In this document: in pieces, positions 21,186 through 24,925 of the stretch | How positions within the stretch are numbered: position 1 is the stretch's first letter | Layout: each line of letters opens with the position of its first letter | Source of the DNA: Octopus sinensis | Taxonomy: Eukaryota | Reading direction: 5' to 3' | Assembly: GCF_006345805.1 (NCBI RefSeq) | Contig: NW_021836257.1 | Span: 1-24,925, forward strand | DNA: 24,925 nt | Notes under the pieces: model-generated | What the model was told of the DNA's origin: nothing | The model's database searches: none | The model's input: the letters and a program-made list of their open reading frames with translations, nothing else | Made by a program: the position numbers and the translations under genes

Positions 21186-22508
21186 TCAATGTGTTGAGGT
21201 ATCGTGATTTTGATGCTGTTTCCATCTTTAGTAGCAACGTTAATGAATTCAAATGAAATATAATGTTTTTTTTGTTTATTCTGTTTTATGTTCCCCGCAG
21301 ATCGAAACACTCACGTTGTCTCCATTAATTCTGCAAATTTAATGATTATATATACCAATTTATAGAATTTAGTACTCTTCTTTTTTTAAAGAAAAAAAAA
21401 AAAAACAATTTATTAACAGCTGCTTCATTTGGAAGTAATTTATCAATGAGGAAAACCTTTGGAATTCTGCGACTATCACAATGCTTAGTATAATGCTCAG
21501 TAGAATGCATTTGAATAATGCCAGAAGCAGACCGCTTCCTTGAAAACCAAACCAATAAAAAAAAGAAAAGGAAGACAAAAAATAATAAAATAAAATAAAT
21601 TTTCTGAAACGCAGAAAAGAAAGAGAGCAAAAATTAAAATAATAAAATTAGGGAAAAATAAAAAAGTGAAATTTAAAAACTAAAAGGAATTTTGTAAAAT
21701 GCGAAAATGAAAGAGAAAAAGAAAGAAATACACCTGGAATGTTTTTAATTGTTGCTGCATTTTTCTTTAATTTATTTAAAAAAAAGTTTTTTTGTTGTTG
21801 TTGCTGGTATCCAATATATTTTCATTTCTGGAAGGCATTCTGGTGAAAGGAATATTTTCCCGCTGGATAAACATATAATGAATGAGAATTTAAATGAGCA
21901 TATCGGCATACGCTTTAATGAGTACTGCATTTTTTTTATGGATCTATTTATATTTTTAATATATATATATTTTTTTTGTTTGGAAAAAAAAAACAAAAAA
22001 AAACAATATTTTATTATTTCGGGAGAAAAAGTTTTGCTGCTTTAATCCAATTCCAACTATACGAAATTTTAGAGAAATTTTACCGAAAATTTATTCCCCC
22101 CGACAGAATTAATTGGATGCATATGTCAAAATCTCTTTTAATTACTTAAGTTTTTGAATTTAATGAATTTTCATTAAAATAAATAGATAAATAAATGAAC
22201 TATTAATCAAACCATTACGTAATAATGAGAATGAAACTGATCACCCTGCGTTAAGGGTGACAAGTCCACGGGTGGTGCCTTCAATTAAATGTTTAGATTC
22301 TCATTACATAACTCGTAACTTATTTTTGGACTTGAAGTTCAAGTGAGTACATTTTGATTCGTAACATCGGAGTAAAGTGAGGAAATCTAAACTAAAAGTG
22401 TTGTTAATTAAATTAACCCAAGCTTTAGAGTTAGCCACAATGTAGTCACCTGCAAGAAATTGAAGTCAAATCTTTCTCATAGTACAGTTCCATGTTATTT
22501 CGAATTTA

Positions 22509-22775
22509 GGCCCAAGAACAGCAATTTTACAAGGGTGTGGTTAAGTCGGTTACATCGATCTTTGTGGTACTTGTTTTATCGACTACGAAAAAGGGAAACG
22601 GAAAGTCGACCGTAGCGGCATTTGAACTCAGAACTCAAAACGAAAAAGCAAAAGACAAGTCGACCTCAGCGGCATTTGAACTCAGAACTTAAAACCGAAA
22701 GAAGTACCGCTAAGCATTTTGTCATATAAGCCGGCGAACTGGCAGAGCCAATAGCTTGTCGGACGAAATACTTAG
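22509..22775. mobile_element. decayed family B SINE (minus strand, with 54-bp internal duplication) abutting a plus-strand family B head
   Basis: AAGTCGACC..AGCGGCATTTGAACTCAGAACT at 22603 and 22657; head GGCGAACTGGCAGA at ~22734. Confidence 0.75.
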
Positions 22776-22777
22776 GA

Positions 22778-22842
22778 AGTTACAGGGACGTAAACACACC
22801 AGCATCGGTTGTCAAGCGAAGTTGGGGGACCAACACAGACAC
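22778..22842 (-). mobile_element. SINE family A 3'-half fragment
   Basis: Reverse complement of the segment at ~19025-19088 (CGCTTGACAACC.ATGCTGGTGTGTTTACGTCCC.GTAA). Confidence 0.85.
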
Positions 22843-22873
22843 GCAAACACACACACACACACACACGCGCGCA

Positions 22874-23005
22874 GTGGAGGCACATGGCCTAGTTGTCAGA
22901 GTAGCGGACACTCGATCGAGGGATCGTAGGTTCGAATCTCAGACCGGGCGATATGTTGGTTTATGAGCGAAACACTTAAGCTCCATGCGGTTCCGGCAGA
23001 AGGTA
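22874..23005 (+). mobile_element. SINE family C 5' part
   Basis: GTGGAGGCACATGGCCTAGTTG A box, GGTTCGAATCTC B box, then AGACCGGGCG..GAAACACTTAAGCTCC as in the 9458 copy. Confidence 0.8.
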
Positions 23006-23589
23006 ATTCCATGTTGTTCCAGTGAAACTCGGATGCAAGCGAGTATCAGCTGACTTTGCTGCTGCAGTACTCTCTATCCTTCCAGCAGTTGTATCTGCAA
23101 TGTTCTGTTGTTTTCAAGCTTAGGAAGGCCGAGAAGATATCTATGTCTCCTCGAGACTACACAGGCATCGAAAACATTTGAAGAAAGCTTCTCTGAGTTT
23201 ACGCTTGCTGGTGAGTAACGGCAGGACTTTAGTTTGAAAAGATGCCTTCCACGTTTTCTTCTCTTTAAGATTGTAGGGAGGTGAGGTGATCTGGCTGCAA
23301 ATTCTTGAACGTAAAATAGCCATCACAGAAGAGACAGCTGTTGCTCTTTTCGTTACACGTAATGTCAATGTGATGCTAAAGCGTTATAGGCACGCAGAGG
23401 ACACAGTACAAGAGCCGAGTTTCGAACTCTCGATGTTGCCATCGAGAGTTCTGTATTGATCAACAACCGCCGATTGTATCCAATAGAAAAATCATAATTT
23501 CAAACTTCCATACAGTTGCCATCTGATGCAGCGTTGAGATAATGCCATGTGATGTAATTGAGTTCACTATACTATAATCGTCACCATGG

Positions 23590-23716
23590 TGATGATGACG
23601 ACGACGACGACGATGAAAATGATGATGGTGATAATGATGATGAAGCGATACGATCACCGCCACTGTCACCACCACCAACAACAACGTTCCAAACCAACTC
23701 CTCCTCCACATCAACC

Positions 23717-23750
<34 letters not shown>

Positions 23751-23770
23751 TATCATGATCGTCGTCGTCG

Positions 23771-23804
<34 letters not shown>

Positions 23805-23972
23805 GATCGTCGTCGTCGTCGTCATCATCATCATCATCATCATCATCATTATCATGATCGTCGTCGTCGTCATCATCATCATCAACATCATCATCATCAT
23901 CATCATCATGATCGTCGTCGTCGTCGTCATCATCATCATCATCATTATCATCACCACCACCACCACCACCAT
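23590..23972. repeat. (GAT/GAC)n followed by (CAT)n/(CGT)n higher-order repeat
   Basis: CATGAT(CGT)4-5(CAT)n units at 23754, 23802, 23853 and 23907. Confidence 0.95.
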
Positions 23973-24482
23973 CCCGAGATAAAACTATTTCATCTGTTAC
24001 TGATAAAAAGGTTTTTCTCTTTGATGTTGTATAAATTAGCGGTATTTATATTTACAATTAATCAATTTTGAAGATCGATTATATAAAAAAAAGAAAAACA
24101 ACAACATATTATTATTATTGATGTTTTTCTTCATTTTCTTAATTTTATTTTATTCAATTAATTATTTCCTCAAAACGTTGTTTTTATCTATACTCTCTCC
24201 AGTTACTAATTAACATTATCTCGTCATGTCGATTTCTAATGCAAAAAAAGTTATAATTTTAATAGAAATATATTTACTGTGTATCTTTAGTTGAATTTCA
24301 AACCAACCTGGTTTACGAGTGAATGTTTTCAATTTAGTTTTAACCTCAGAGAAATCAATGAAGAGGAAAAAAACGTTGGTGTGACATACCGAAGGAAGAT
24401 GAAGCCTGTAAAAGTTTGGTGTACGATGGGGGTTCTTTGTGATCCTTGGGTTGATTCTAAAAGAACTTTCAAATATATAGTA

Positions 24483-24668
24483 TTCTTCTTCTTCTTTCAA
24501 ATATCTTCTTCTCTTCTTTCTTCTTCTTCTTCTTCTCTTCTTCTCTTCTTCTTCTCCTTCTTCTTCTTTTTCTTCTTCTTCTTCTTCTTCTTCTTCTTCT
24601 TCATCTTCTTCTTCTTCTTCTTCTTCTTCTTCTTCTCCTTCTTCTTCTTCTTCTTCTTCTTCTTCTTT
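24483..24668. repeat. (CTT)n microsatellite
   Basis: Direct reading. Confidence 0.95.
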
Positions 24669-24763
24669 AATCAATCCTCATCCTGTTTTATATAAACCAC
24701 CACGATATGTGAAATCTGTATTCGAAATGTCATTGTCACCCAGCACTCCAGTCGCAACTGAAA

Positions 24764-24871
24764 TCTTCTTCTTCTTCTTCTTCTTCTTCTTCTTCTTCTT
24801 CTTCTTCTCTTCTTCTTCTTCTTCTTCTCTTCTTCTTCTTCTTCTTCTTTCTTCTTCTCCTCCTCCTCCTC
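24764..24871. repeat. (CTT)n(CCT)n microsatellite
   Basis: Direct reading. Confidence 0.95.
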
Positions 24872-24925
24872 ATATCATCACCCTCATCATCATCGTCGTC
24901 CTCGTCGTCTTGGTCACCGTCACCT

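Overview
This is eukaryotic, AT-rich, microsatellite-dense non-coding DNA. The tRNA-derived SINE families, the LINE mix and the simple-repeat density point to a coleoid cephalopod, probably Octopus (inference from recalled repeat families, not from a search). No intact host protein-coding gene is supportable. Almost all ORFs in the track are translations of microsatellites or transposon remnants. The window holds many copies of four tRNA-headed SINE families (labelled A-D here), three RTE-clade LINE 3' fragments (two of them a ~98% identical inverted pair), two RLE-type non-LTR 3' ends (one R4/Dong-like, embedded in (AAT)n), Tc1/mariner remnants and MITEs. The most notable items are (i) a ~170-bp loopless palindrome whose arms are minimal type-I hammerhead ribozyme motifs of the Penelope type, (ii) a 21/26-bp alternating minisatellite packed with STAT-type TTCN3GAA and kB-like sites, (iii) a nested inverted-repeat block at 5.0-6.6 kb, and (iv) a 186-bp tandem triplication of a SINE. 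Identities and counts are from manual alignment. I see no firm evidence of a wholly new system; the findings are hypotheses.
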